Part shown: positions 10,129 through 19,296 of the stretch, piece after piece
Numbering within the stretch: position 1 is the first letter of the stretch
How the letters are laid out: the number at the start of each line of letters is the position of its first letter
NCBI GenBank assembly: GCA_041651055.1
Contig: JBAZJW010000002.1
Location: 90,980-154,979 of the forward strand
Length of the DNA stretch: 64,000 nucleotides
Direction: 5' to 3'
DNA from: Minisyncoccota bacterium
GTDB lineage: Bacteria > Patescibacteriota > Minisyncoccia > Phycocordibacterales > UBA5272
Translations under genes and position numbers: made by a program
Notes under the pieces: model-generated
Databases searched by the model: none
Seen by the model: the letters and a program-made list of their open reading frames with translations, nothing else
Told to the model about the DNA's origin: nothing

Positions 10129-10595
10129 GTACAAAGCGAAAAGGCTGGCATGAATACTTTATGAATTTGGCTGAACTTACATCAACAAGGGGCACGTGTG
10201 ATCGAGCTAGAGTGGGCTGCGTTCTGGTTAAAGATAAATTAGTTATTGCTGGTGGATATAATGGCTCGCTTCCTGGTGCGGATCATTGTGATGATATAGG
10301 ACACTTTATGCAAGAAGGTCACTGCCGACGCACGAACCATTCGGAAGCAAATATGATAGCTTCCGCAGCCAAACGCGGCGTTTCTACTGATGGTGGAGTT
10401 CTCTACTGTACGCACACTCCATGCATTACGTGCCTAAAATTGCTTGTGGCAGCAGGGGTTCATACTGTATATTATCTTAATGAATATAGGATAGAAGATG
10501 TGCCAGATTTTGTTAAGGAGAAAGTAAGGTTGGTAAAATTCAACAAGAACCTAGACACTCTTAATGAAGTAATTGTTAGAAAGGATTATTTGTGA
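10125..10595 (+). CDS. dCMP deaminase (ComEB-like)
   Basis: WHEYFM..A...STRGTC, GYNG, HSE and PCITC zinc motifs; TTG start at 10125 with GGAGGA RBS overlapping the previous stop. Confidence 0.85.
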   Translation: MSTKRKGWHEYFMNLAELTSTRGTCDRARVGCVLVKDKLVIAGGYNGSLPGADHCDDIGHFMQEGHCRRTNHSEANMIASAAKRGVSTDGGVLYCTHTPCITCLKLLVAAGVHTVYYLNEYRIEDVPDFVKEKVRLVKFNKNLDTLNEVIVRKDYL

Positions 10596-11044
10596 TGGAA
10601 GAACTATATGTAAACACGGAGCGTATGAAGCATCGCCCCGATAAACCAAAATCTAATCTTGAATTTTGGAAAGTGTGGGTGCCTGTTATAGTTACGCTTG
10701 TAACTGTGTTTGGCTCTCTTGTTGGTATTTACATCCAGGGAAATAAATCTGCTTCTAAGATCGAGTACATAGTAAGCCAAATCAATGATGCAATAATTCC
10801 TAGGCTAGAAAAAGCACTTGAAGGTAATAATACAGAAATAAAGATTTTGCGTGAGCGGGTGGCTGTTCTAGAAAAAATGAGCGAGGTTCGAAGATCTAGA
10901 GTAGTTCCAACCACATTTGGTTTTGGTAATCCATTGGATCTTCCGGCACCTGCTGTAAAGACGCTTTCTAAACCAGCTACAGAGGCACTAAAGACTTCTA
11001 CTAAATATGATATACCTAGATTGCAACATGAACAGGTAGAGTAA
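10592..11044 (+). CDS. single-pass membrane coiled-coil protein
   Basis: one transmembrane segment followed by heptads (LRERVAVLE). Confidence 0.5.
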   Translation: MMEELYVNTERMKHRPDKPKSNLEFWKVWVPVIVTLVTVFGSLVGIYIQGNKSASKIEYIVSQINDAIIPRLEKALEGNNTEIKILRERVAVLEKMSEVRRSRVVPTTFGFGNPLDLPAPAVKTLSKPATEALKTSTKYDIPRLQHEQVE

Positions 11045-11046
11045 TC

Positions 11047-13341
11047 ATGAAGAAACTGTTAATATCCGCTATTGCTGTTGTTTTTCTGTTTCCGTCCGCT
11101 GCTTATGCTGTTGCCTGCGTATCAAACGGAACTGGTGGTGGCAACTGGAGCGATGAAGCTACATGGACTGACGCCTCGTGCGGTGCAGCACATTTTCCTA
11201 TATCTGGAGATTCTGCTACCATAGCCGCAGGAGACACAGTAACAATAGATGGAGATCTTACGGTAGGCACTTCTCCCGCAAGTGCTGTTACTTATGATTT
11301 AGATATTTCTGGCACGCTGTATTGGCCAAACAATCCAGGCATAGATATGATTTTTACACTACAGTCCTCCATGAGAATAAACGCGGGAGGCATATTCCAG
11401 ATTGGGGATTCTGGAACCCCGTTAAATTCTGCAGTTCGTGCCCACATACTGTTTAATAATACATCTCCTGTCCCCGATCAAAAATACAAAATTCTTGTAA
11501 ATGGTGGCAAATTGTATGTGTATGGGAACTCAAGTTATTTTATGACATCAGGAGCAAATTACAGGGCAAGGATTTTTGGGTGCATTCCGGACTGCAACGC
11601 CGGTGCCGGTAGAACTATAATGCTAGACCGTGCTGTATATTGGCCTGCATCAGCCAGTCTCACACACGATGCGATATTGATCGGAATAGGAGGCAACGTA
11701 TCAACTGCCCCGGCTGCTGGTGACGATGGGGAACTAATTACTAGTTGGGGATCTCCTGGTTCTAGCAGCATCAACGGGGTAACACTTACAGAAAATCATA
11801 TGATTGGGGATATTGTAGTAAACGTGTCCCGAAACGTTCTCTTTCAGGCGGATAGTGCTACTTATCATAGCATAGTAGAAACAACTGCTACAAATAATCC
11901 ATACGATATAAATTATGCGAGGTTCGATGAATTTGGAGATAACACTACCACAGGATCTGGTATAACATTCAATGCTGCATCTAATACTGTTGGAACAATA
12001 AATCATGTATCCGTAACTAATTGTGAAGATGGTGCCGGTACTACTTGTTTTTATATTAACTCTTCTGGATGGACTAAATTTGAAGGAAATACGGCATATG
12101 AATCAAGATCAACTGGAAATGGATTTTATTTTTTAGGTAATCAGTATCCAGCAGGAACATTTGAAATAAAAGATTGTACATATATTGAGGGACCACTAGG
12201 AAATGGAGATGGTATTGAATTCGCTTCAAACACTGTAAAAACTGATTTAACTGGATTTTGGTCATCTAACGCAAATTCTGGAATAAAAATAACTGCATCA
12301 TATACTGATACTTATTCTTGTATTCTTCATGCTACCACTACTTATGGGGTACAAATTACAAGCCCAAATTCTACGTATTATCAGTATGTAAAATTAAAAA
12401 TAGATTCATGTGAAATAAGGAATAGTGAATCGAATTCAATATATTTGCTCTCATTTGCAAATTTAATTTATTCAAATAATGATATAGATGGAGCAGAAGC
12501 TACTTGCTTCAATGTTGCTGGTAGTTTTTATGGTTATTTTGAAAATAATACTTACGATAGATGCAATACGAGCAATACAACAAACAGAGCAGGATTTGAA
12601 ATACTTAATTCTGACAATAATTTTGATGTATATGCAGTAAATGAATCATTTGGAGCAACAACCGCAAACAATAAATCAAATATAAATATAGATTCACCAA
12701 CATTCAATGATACAATTACTGGATCTAATAGATATGTATGCAACAATTGCTTACTCGCAGAAGTTAATAATCCGATTACATGTAGCTCAATGCCAACAGA
12801 TGGAATAATTATTCCATGTCTTACATATAATAATGCCGTGTATATTCCAGAGGAATCTTTTTATTCATTACATAATAAAGATCAAGTTGAAAATGCAAAT
12901 TACGGATGGGGTCCTGGGGGAATGGTATTTACTAGAGAAACCGTGACTGTCGTGGATAATACATTGAATGTTAAAGTTCAGCCAGGAAACGCTACTGACT
13001 ATGGGTACCTTCCTTTAGGAACTATAAGCGTTGTGCAAGGACAAACTGTTACTGTAAACGTACAAATACGCAAAGACGAATCTCAAAGTGCAGGATTTCG
13101 GCCAAGATTGGGTTTAGAAGGGGCAGGATTTAACAGGTACACCACATACGATGAAATGAGCGATGCTATAAACACATGGGAGACGGTCACTGTCACTGGT
13201 GTGGCCACTTACTCTGGAAGCGTTCATATTTATTTAGGCGTTAAAAATAATTTGTCTGGTGCGAACAACTATGAGCCGGAATGGCCACCAACACTAGAAA
13301 TATATGCAGATGGAATCAGTGTTACAAAGACAGGGCCATGA
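11047..13341 (+). CDS. large beta-helix protein with G8-like N-domain and predicted signal peptide
   Basis: MKKLLISAIAVVFLFPSAAYA-V; GGNWSDEATW...ATIAAGDTVTID; Asn/Gly-rich beta-helix rungs. Confidence 0.65.
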   Translation: MKKLLISAIAVVFLFPSAAYAVACVSNGTGGGNWSDEATWTDASCGAAHFPISGDSATIAAGDTVTIDGDLTVGTSPASAVTYDLDISGTLYWPNNPGIDMIFTLQSSMRINAGGIFQIGDSGTPLNSAVRAHILFNNTSPVPDQKYKILVNGGKLYVYGNSSYFMTSGANYRARIFGCIPDCNAGAGRTIMLDRAVYWPASASLTHDAILIGIGGNVSTAPAAGDDGELITSWGSPGSSSINGVTLTENHMIGDIVVNVSRNVLFQADSATYHSIVETTATNNPYDINYARFDEFGDNTTTGSGITFNAASNTVGTINHVSVTNCEDGAGTTCFYINSSGWTKFEGNTAYESRSTGNGFYFLGNQYPAGTFEIKDCTYIEGPLGNGDGIEFASNTVKTDLTGFWSSNANSGIKITASYTDTYSCILHATTTYGVQITSPNSTYYQYVKLKIDSCEIRNSESNSIYLLSFANLIYSNNDIDGAEATCFNVAGSFYGYFENNTYDRCNTSNTTNRAGFEILNSDNNFDVYAVNESFGATTANNKSNINIDSPTFNDTITGSNRYVCNNCLLAEVNNPITCSSMPTDGIIIPCLTYNNAVYIPEESFYSLHNKDQVENANYGWGPGGMVFTRETVTVVDNTLNVKVQPGNATDYGYLPLGTISVVQGQTVTVNVQIRKDESQSAGFRPRLGLEGAGFNRYTTYDEMSDAINTWETVTVTGVATYSGSVHIYLGVKNNLSGANNYEPEWPPTLEIYADGISVTKTGP

Positions 13342-13616
13342 ATAAAGAAATTGAAAATATACTTAGTTTTTTGTGTTCAGAATTGAAGAGTGTAATTGAA
13401 GGAGTGTTTTACAATGATACTACCTTCAACAATGAATTGTGTGTTTATGTAATTGTACGTGAACATTTTAACAGGTTCTATGAAAAAATACTATTAACAG
13501 AAGGAAAAATAAATCAGACGTATAAAACACCAGTTACAATACATGTGTGGGCATCTCAAGGTCGCACGATAGAAAAATGCAGACCTCCTAGTACCAAGCA
13601 GTGGGTATCTAAGTGA
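13338..13616 (+). CDS. hypothetical protein
   Basis: ATGA overlap with the previous gene and GTGA overlap with the next. Confidence 0.5.
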   Translation: MNKEIENILSFLCSELKSVIEGVFYNDTTFNNELCVYVIVREHFNRFYEKILLTEGKINQTYKTPVTIHVWASQGRTIEKCRPPSTKQWVSK

Positions 13617-14167
13617 CTCCGTGGGGTGATGGGCTTCCTGGGTTAGATGACGTCCCGATTGGTGGGTGGGGCGACGGACTTCCTCTTGGGCCGTCTACTG
13701 TTGGACCTCAAGTCGTGTCTGCTGTGGCTGTGGATTCTACTACCACAAGACTTACCTACAATAAAGAAGTACAACATTCAAACCCAGGTAACATCAACGA
13801 TTCTTTGAATCCAGCGAATTATGCTTTTTCTGGTGGTTTATCTGCGGTGAGTGTGTCTGTTAACCAAGCCAATCCAACTGTAGTAGATATTATAGTAACG
13901 CCTGCAATGGAGAACATTAACTACACTGTTGTAGTGTCTAATGTAGAAGATCTTGCGGGCAATCTGGTAGATCCACTATATAATTCTGCTACGTACTTGG
14001 GACCGGAAAATGACGAAGCCAACGATTTTATTGCTGAAATACTCATTGGTGATGAGGTGGTGTGGAGTGCAAACAGTTTTGTAAACCAACAAAAAATAAA
14101 AATTGACGTGGCACGATTTTACGGTAAATTTCCTCTAACGTTTAGGATAAGGGGTATTAGGATATGA
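13613..14167 (+). CDS. Ig-like domain protein, probably virion
   Basis: PQVVSAVA..RLTYNKEV...NPANYAF...YTVVVSNVEDLAGN, a Big_5-like pattern. Confidence 0.6.
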   Translation: MTPWGDGLPGLDDVPIGGWGDGLPLGPSTVGPQVVSAVAVDSTTTRLTYNKEVQHSNPGNINDSLNPANYAFSGGLSAVSVSVNQANPTVVDIIVTPAMENINYTVVVSNVEDLAGNLVDPLYNSATYLGPENDEANDFIAEILIGDEVVWSANSFVNQQKIKIDVARFYGKFPLTFRIRGIRI

Positions 14168-14427
14168 GAAAAAGAGACGTGGACTGCAAGCGCATAAGAG
14201 AGCGCATTGTTGCTCTGCTTGAAAAGGAACCGTGGCTTACTAATTACACCATCAGCCAACGATTTGGATGCCCTGTTGACTATGTAGGAGACGTAAGACG
14301 TTCTGCCGGTAAAAAGTCTCCTAGAACTGAAACACTTACTGATACAGACTTCAAGAAATCAAGATTTTCAAAGCTAATCAAAAAACTAAGAAACAACCCT
14401 CATTACATAACTGAGCGTAAGAAATAA
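14164..14427 (+). CDS. basic helix-turn-helix protein
   Basis: PWLTNYTISQRFGCPVDYVGDVRR. Confidence 0.55.
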   Translation: MRKRDVDCKRIRERIVALLEKEPWLTNYTISQRFGCPVDYVGDVRRSAGKKSPRTETLTDTDFKKSRFSKLIKKLRNNPHYITERKK

Positions 14428-14849
14428 TAGTACACAAAGACATACTAAATGTTGATGCAGGCATACTTGTACATCAAGTAAATCTGTGCGGGGTTATGGG
14501 TGCTGGTGTAGCCAAGCAAATTAGACTAAAGTATCCACAAGTATTTACAGAGTACAGTGCAGCTTGCGCACACAATAACTGTGGATTGGGTGATGTTCAA
14601 TTTGTTGAAATAAATGAGTATTTGTACGTGTGTGATTTGTTCGGTCAAAGAGGGTATGGCAGAAATGAACTACACACTGATTATGCAGCACACAGAAAAG
14701 CGTGGCCGCTCATTAAGAACAAGTCGAGTGAACTGCAATTAAAAGTGTTTGCGCCTTACATGATAGGGTGTGGTTTAGGTGGTGGTAACTGGGACGTCTT
14801 GCGACCGATAATAGAGTCAGCGTGCGATGTAGTATGGTGCCGAAAGTGA
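14424..14849 (+). CDS. macro-domain (ADP-ribose-processing) protein
   Basis: HQVNLCGVMGAGVAKQI and PYMIGCGLGGGNW motifs; conserved N-terminus lies upstream of the first ATG (14496), so the start is uncertain. Confidence 0.75.
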   Translation: MIVHKDILNVDAGILVHQVNLCGVMGAGVAKQIRLKYPQVFTEYSAACAHNNCGLGDVQFVEINEYLYVCDLFGQRGYGRNELHTDYAAHRKAWPLIKNKSSELQLKVFAPYMIGCGLGGGNWDVLRPIIESACDVVWCRK

Positions 14850-14865
14850 AAAGGAAAGGTACACA

Positions 14866-15711
14866 ATGGAAGCCATAGTTGTAGACAAATTTATTGATAA
14901 ACGCACCGACCCAGTAAACCTGACGGTCTATGGGGACCTGCACGAAGACTCACGCATGTGTAACATAAAGAAGCTGCACGAACATATGAATCATCGAGCG
15001 AAATTAAAGAATGCTATGTTTGTTGGTATTGGGGATATGAGTGACTGGATTTTACCTTCTGATAAAAGATACACACCATCAAATACACGTATAGATGCAA
15101 TACACCCAGGGTACGATGATTTGATTGATCGTGAAATAATGCGACAGGCAGAGTTCTATAAGAAGTTTCCGTGGGCTGTGCTGGGAATGGGCAACCATTG
15201 TCTGAAACCACTAAAAGTGCATTACACCAACCCAGCAGAGAGACTGGCACAAATACTTGGATGTAAATATGGTGGGTACAGTGGATTTTTGAGGATTCGC
15301 ATAAGACAAAAAGGTAAGATGAAGAATTATGTATCTAGTGATATCGTTGGCTCAGTTACCATACTCTACCATCATGGTGCGTGGGGTGGAAGAGTAATAA
15401 AGGGTTTTGGTGGTGCCAGGGATTGGGGTAGGGCGCATGAAGGATGGGACGTTCTTTGTTATGGGCACTCACATCAAACAGTAGTACATCAAGAAGTCAG
15501 AAAAATGATGACACACAGAGGAAACATCGTAGACAAAGACGTGTATATAGTAAACTGCGGCACATTTTACTCTGGTGTTGCGGATGGTGGTCCGCCATCC
15601 TATGCAGAGAGAGGTGGCTTTCCACCAGTTTCGGTGGGAGCCCCTCTTATTACCATAACTCCGTGTGAACAATCCATACCACACATATCCATAAGTGTTG
15701 GAGACTGCTAA
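14866..15711 (+). CDS. calcineurin-like metallophosphoesterase
   Basis: GDLH, GD, GNH, HG and GHSH motifs. Confidence 0.8.
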   Translation: MEAIVVDKFIDKRTDPVNLTVYGDLHEDSRMCNIKKLHEHMNHRAKLKNAMFVGIGDMSDWILPSDKRYTPSNTRIDAIHPGYDDLIDREIMRQAEFYKKFPWAVLGMGNHCLKPLKVHYTNPAERLAQILGCKYGGYSGFLRIRIRQKGKMKNYVSSDIVGSVTILYHHGAWGGRVIKGFGGARDWGRAHEGWDVLCYGHSHQTVVHQEVRKMMTHRGNIVDKDVYIVNCGTFYSGVADGGPPSYAERGGFPPVSVGAPLITITPCEQSIPHISISVGDC

Positions 15712-15712
15712 T

Positions 15713-16510
15713 ATGAACATTGGAATAGCTGGGTTCGGGTTTGTGGGTCAGGCTGTGTATGCTTCTTTGAAACCTGAGTACAAAAAACAGTGCATTATTT
15801 ATGATCCCCCGAAAGGTTTTGATAATTTTGACCAACTGATTGCCAGCGATTTTGTATTTTGCTGTTTGCCGTCACCAACCATAAAAGACGAAAACTTAGG
15901 AATAAGTGGTCTTAGACAGGACTTTTCTGCATATGAACAGTTTTTCAAAGCAGTAATTGGTCAATTAAAAAACAAACAAACTGTATTTATAGTAAAAAGT
16001 ACAGTGCTGTATAGCAATATACTCCCTTATTTATCACAGCTAAACATAGTAATGAATCCAGAGTTTCTGAACCAAAATACGTCTATTGAAGATTTTATGA
16101 ATCAAAAATGGGTGTTGTTGGGAGGAAGGACGGACCGCTGTTGCCAAGTTAGGGATATGTATGATGAGTGCTTTGACCTTGGGTACACTATATGTGAATT
16201 TTGTAGTGAAAAGGAAGCCATAGAGGCAAAATACATTCACAACTTGTACCATGCGTATAAAGTACTGTTTTGGAACTACGTACAAGAAGTAACCGGCAAT
16301 GAACGAAAGATTTATGATTTGTACAAGAAAGTGTTGAAAGAACCAACTGATATGGCCAAAATTTGTGCAGATGGCTCACCTGGATTTGGTGGAGCATGCT
16401 TTCCAAAGGATTTGGCCGCCTTTGACGGAGAATTTCCGCATATGTTGACCAGGTTCATGCAAGAGTACAATCACCGATTAAGGTCGATGGGCTTCAAAAC
16501 AAATCTTTAG
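15713..16510 (+). CDS. UDP-glucose/GDP-mannose dehydrogenase family protein (short form)
   Basis: Rossmann GIAGFGFVG, KSTV, MNPEFL, GFGGACFPKD with catalytic Cys. Confidence 0.85.
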   Translation: MNIGIAGFGFVGQAVYASLKPEYKKQCIIYDPPKGFDNFDQLIASDFVFCCLPSPTIKDENLGISGLRQDFSAYEQFFKAVIGQLKNKQTVFIVKSTVLYSNILPYLSQLNIVMNPEFLNQNTSIEDFMNQKWVLLGGRTDRCCQVRDMYDECFDLGYTICEFCSEKEAIEAKYIHNLYHAYKVLFWNYVQEVTGNERKIYDLYKKVLKEPTDMAKICADGSPGFGGACFPKDLAAFDGEFPHMLTRFMQEYNHRLRSMGFKTNL

Positions 16511-16536
16511 TTCGAACTTTAATATTTAGTTCGAAC
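16506..16536. repeat. direct repeat TTTAGTTCGAAC x2 with palindromic GTTCGAAC core
   Basis: copies at 16506-16517 and 16525-16536. Confidence 0.6.
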
Positions 16537-16905
16537 CTTCAACCTCCCTACGAAATAACAGCGTATTTAGGAGCATGAAACGTTTTGTCCGACTTGTGTT
16601 ATAATGGAGGTGTTGGATAACTGCATAAGGAGTTGTGCAATGTATAATGTAATAATTCAAAGATTGTGGAATTGCATTCTATGGTTATTTTACAAAGAAA
16701 GACGATCAATAGGTTGGTGGATTAAGAACCTTGAAAGAAGGACTGGCGGCAAAACAATAAATATACCACAAAGTGTGCAGTATGGAAATCTGCTGGTCAT
16801 AACACACGATGGCTGGAAAATCACTGATCACAGTGGTAATGGAACCGGTTTTACGCTCATGCACTTACAATCTGGGAGGGTGTTGATAATAAGAAAATAA
16901 CTATC

Positions 16906-16934
16906 TTTACTGATTATTATATGTGTAGTATAAT
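16906..16934 (+). promoter_or_regulatory. sigma70-type promoter related to the minus-strand cassette family
   Basis: TTTACT-17 bp (GATTATTATATGTGTAG)-TATAAT, then AGGAGGT RBS and ATG at 16953. Confidence 0.65.
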
Positions 16935-17283
16935 GTGTACCAGGAGGTGCTTATGATGGGTAGTGCTGTAAAGTTTATGAGAATGCTTTCTGAGGCCAAG
17001 ACTGAAGAAGAAGTGACCAGAAAGTGGACCAAGAGACGAGTCTTGCAATTCGCAAGTGGTGTGAGGAAAACTGTATCGAAATGGGCGGAGGTTGGTGACA
17101 TATGGGCAATTCAATGAAACATAAGCTGTTTTGGGTTGAGTATAACAACGGTAAAATCGAAAAGAAGTACAAGATTTTCAAGAATGTTAAAGACCGAGAC
17201 AATTTTTCTAAGGAGCTGGTGAAGAAGGAACATTTTGTCGCTTTCAGGACATGGGCGTGTACATAGTTCGGTGGAGATTAGCC

Positions 17284-17715
17284 ATGCAATTTGTTTATGA
17301 CGATGGTGGGCGTGCTGCTGCAGGGTTCAAGGGAGATGCCGGTGATTGTGTTTGTCGTGCTATTGCAATTGCTTGCCAGAAACCTTATTTGGAGGTGTAC
17401 GACGCACTGAATGTGTGTGCAAAGGATGAACGTATTACAAAGAGACGGCCAAAAAGATCAAGTGCACGTACCGGTGTAAATAAGGGTATCATCAAAAAGT
17501 ACTTGGCTGGTATTGGTGCTAAGTGGGTGCCGACCATGCACATCGGTGCGGGCTGTAAAGTACATTTACGAGACGGGGAAATTCCGATGGGCAGGCTGGT
17601 GGTGCAGGTTAGCAAGCACCTGGTGGCAGTAATTAACGGCGTAGTTCACGATACCTACAATCCAGATCGCGACGAAAGCAGGTGCGTGTATGGGTACTGG
17701 TGGGTGGTGCCATGA
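17284..17715 (+). CDS. conserved phage hypothetical protein
   Basis: YDDGGRAAAGFKGDAGDCVCRAIAIA...HLVAVINGVVHDT; GGAG RBS before ATG 17284. Confidence 0.65.
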   Translation: MQFVYDDGGRAAAGFKGDAGDCVCRAIAIACQKPYLEVYDALNVCAKDERITKRRPKRSSARTGVNKGIIKKYLAGIGAKWVPTMHIGAGCKVHLRDGEIPMGRLVVQVSKHLVAVINGVVHDTYNPDRDESRCVYGYWWVVP

Positions 17716-17883
17716 GTCGTAAAGAATTACTCGATGATAGATTTGTTCGGTGGGAGGTGGTGGTCTGTGACAAGTGCGGCGCAGAGTGGACTGTAGATGT
17801 TGCTGAGAAACGTGGGTGGGATTTAGACAACAATGGACGTGATTTTTGTAATTACTGTGCTGTTGCGAAAAAGAAGAAAAATG

Positions 17884-18096
17884 TTAAGTATTAGATAGTC
17901 TTTCAATCTCTCTATTTACATACCACGCCGCTTTCTGTAAATCTTCAAGTTGATTGTTCTTCAAACCAGCGCGCCACAAATATTTTATGGCATTGCCGAT
18001 GTTGAAATTGAAGTGTTCTACCACCGTGATACACTCTACACCTGATGGGTGACTGTTGTAGTGTGGTGGGTGATTCACTTTTTCTTTCTTTGTCAT
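17884..18096 (-). CDS. DUF3310-like protein
   Basis: VNHPPHY..ECI...GNAIKYLWRAGLK..EDLQKAAWY. Confidence 0.85.
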   Translation of the reverse strand: MTKKEKVNHPPHYNSHPSGVECITVVEHFNFNIGNAIKYLWRAGLKNNQLEDLQKAAWYVNREIERLSNT

Positions 18097-18383
18097 TAAT
18101 ACAGCACCTTGTGTTTGGAGGTGTCCACCAATTCTATGTATATGCTTGAATTCATGGACTTTGCTAGTTTTACCATCATTCGAAGTGTGAGTTTGGCTGG
18201 GCTTATGGCTATGGCTCGCAATTCCTTAACAGTCAATCCGAGTTCTTTTGATAGTATATCATAGTTGCACCGGCCGACTTCTTTTGATGCCTGTCTGAGT
18301 TTGTCTGTGGCATATGATATAGACTTATCCACTATCTGTTTGTTGATGTGATATAGTTCAATGTTGACCTCTTCCTCGGTCAT
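18096..18383 (-). CDS. putative HTH DNA-binding protein
   Basis: LSKELGLT...LTLRMMVKLAKSM, XRE-like pattern. Confidence 0.5.
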   Translation of the reverse strand: MTEEEVNIELYHINKQIVDKSISYATDKLRQASKEVGRCNYDILSKELGLTVKELRAIAISPAKLTLRMMVKLAKSMNSSIYIELVDTSKHKVLY

Positions 18384-18808
18384 GTATTCAGCCTCATTTT
18401 GGCTATGCCGTTACCGGTAGTAAACCACACGTCTCTGCACCCAAGCTCCCTTAGGTATGCAGAACAACACGGACACGGCTTGCTGTTTTTCAATATACCT
18501 TTCTTTGACATTCTGACATTCAAAACCTCCCAAGTCTTGTTTTGATTCAATATTCCTTTGGCTTTTCTGTAGGCATCAGTCTCTGAATGTATCTTTCCAT
18601 ATTTTGGGTATCCATGATAAATCAAAGGATCAGCCGACCTATTGTAACCCACTTCTACTATAGCGTTGTCTTGTACCACAAAGGTGAAGTGTGCATGATA
18701 CCTGATCTGCGGGTGTCTCTTCTCGAATATTTTCTTTCGAGCCCTGGCAACGCACTCGCGTATAACAGTATCCTTCATGCAGACTGGTTGTACTATTACT
18801 ATGCTCAA
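18380..18808 (-). CDS. zinc-dependent deaminase-fold protein
   Basis: VGYN, HSE and SKPCPCC motifs. Confidence 0.75.
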   Translation of the reverse strand: MSIVIVQPVCMKDTVIRECVARARKKIFEKRHPQIRYHAHFTFVVQDNAIVEVGYNRSADPLIYHGYPKYGKIHSETDAYRKAKGILNQNKTWEVLNVRMSKKGILKNSKPCPCCSAYLRELGCRDVWFTTGNGIAKMRLNT

Positions 18809-18879
18809 TAGTAAATATACGAGGATTTATGATCTTGTTGCTGTGTTTGATTAAATTATTGTGAAAGGCGGGTAAATGC

Positions 18880-19275
18880 ATGGAAACCGTAAGTAATATC
18901 ATAGACCAGGCATTTTTGAAATCATTAGAAGAACGGATAGTTGCGTTTGTGCTAGATGACAACCACATTTACCTGTTCCTTGGTCTTATATCTATAATGG
19001 CGTTGCTTAGGTATGTACCATATTTTCAAAAAGTGGTTTTTACAGAGTCAAGAAAATGGTTAGCCGCTCCAATAAACGTAGCATTGAGCGTGGTTGGTGT
19101 ATTTCTACTGAGTATGACGCCTGCTACCACCACGGGTTTGAAAATCGTGGTAGTTGCGGTTGAGTCTACGTTGGCAACCTTCTTGTATGAAGCAGCTCTG
19201 AAGAGACTCATTAGCATGGTACAAAGTAGATTAGAAAAGTACAAGAATGGTGATGCTGCGCCGCCCACCGTATAA
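18880..19275 (+). CDS. holin-like membrane protein
   Basis: three hydrophobic segments and a charged C-terminus, 131 aa. Confidence 0.45.
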   Translation: METVSNIIDQAFLKSLEERIVAFVLDDNHIYLFLGLISIMALLRYVPYFQKVVFTESRKWLAAPINVALSVVGVFLLSMTPATTTGLKIVVVAVESTLATFLYEAALKRLISMVQSRLEKYKNGDAAPPTV

Positions 19276-19296
19276 CCGAATGGTGTTGTGTAAGTA

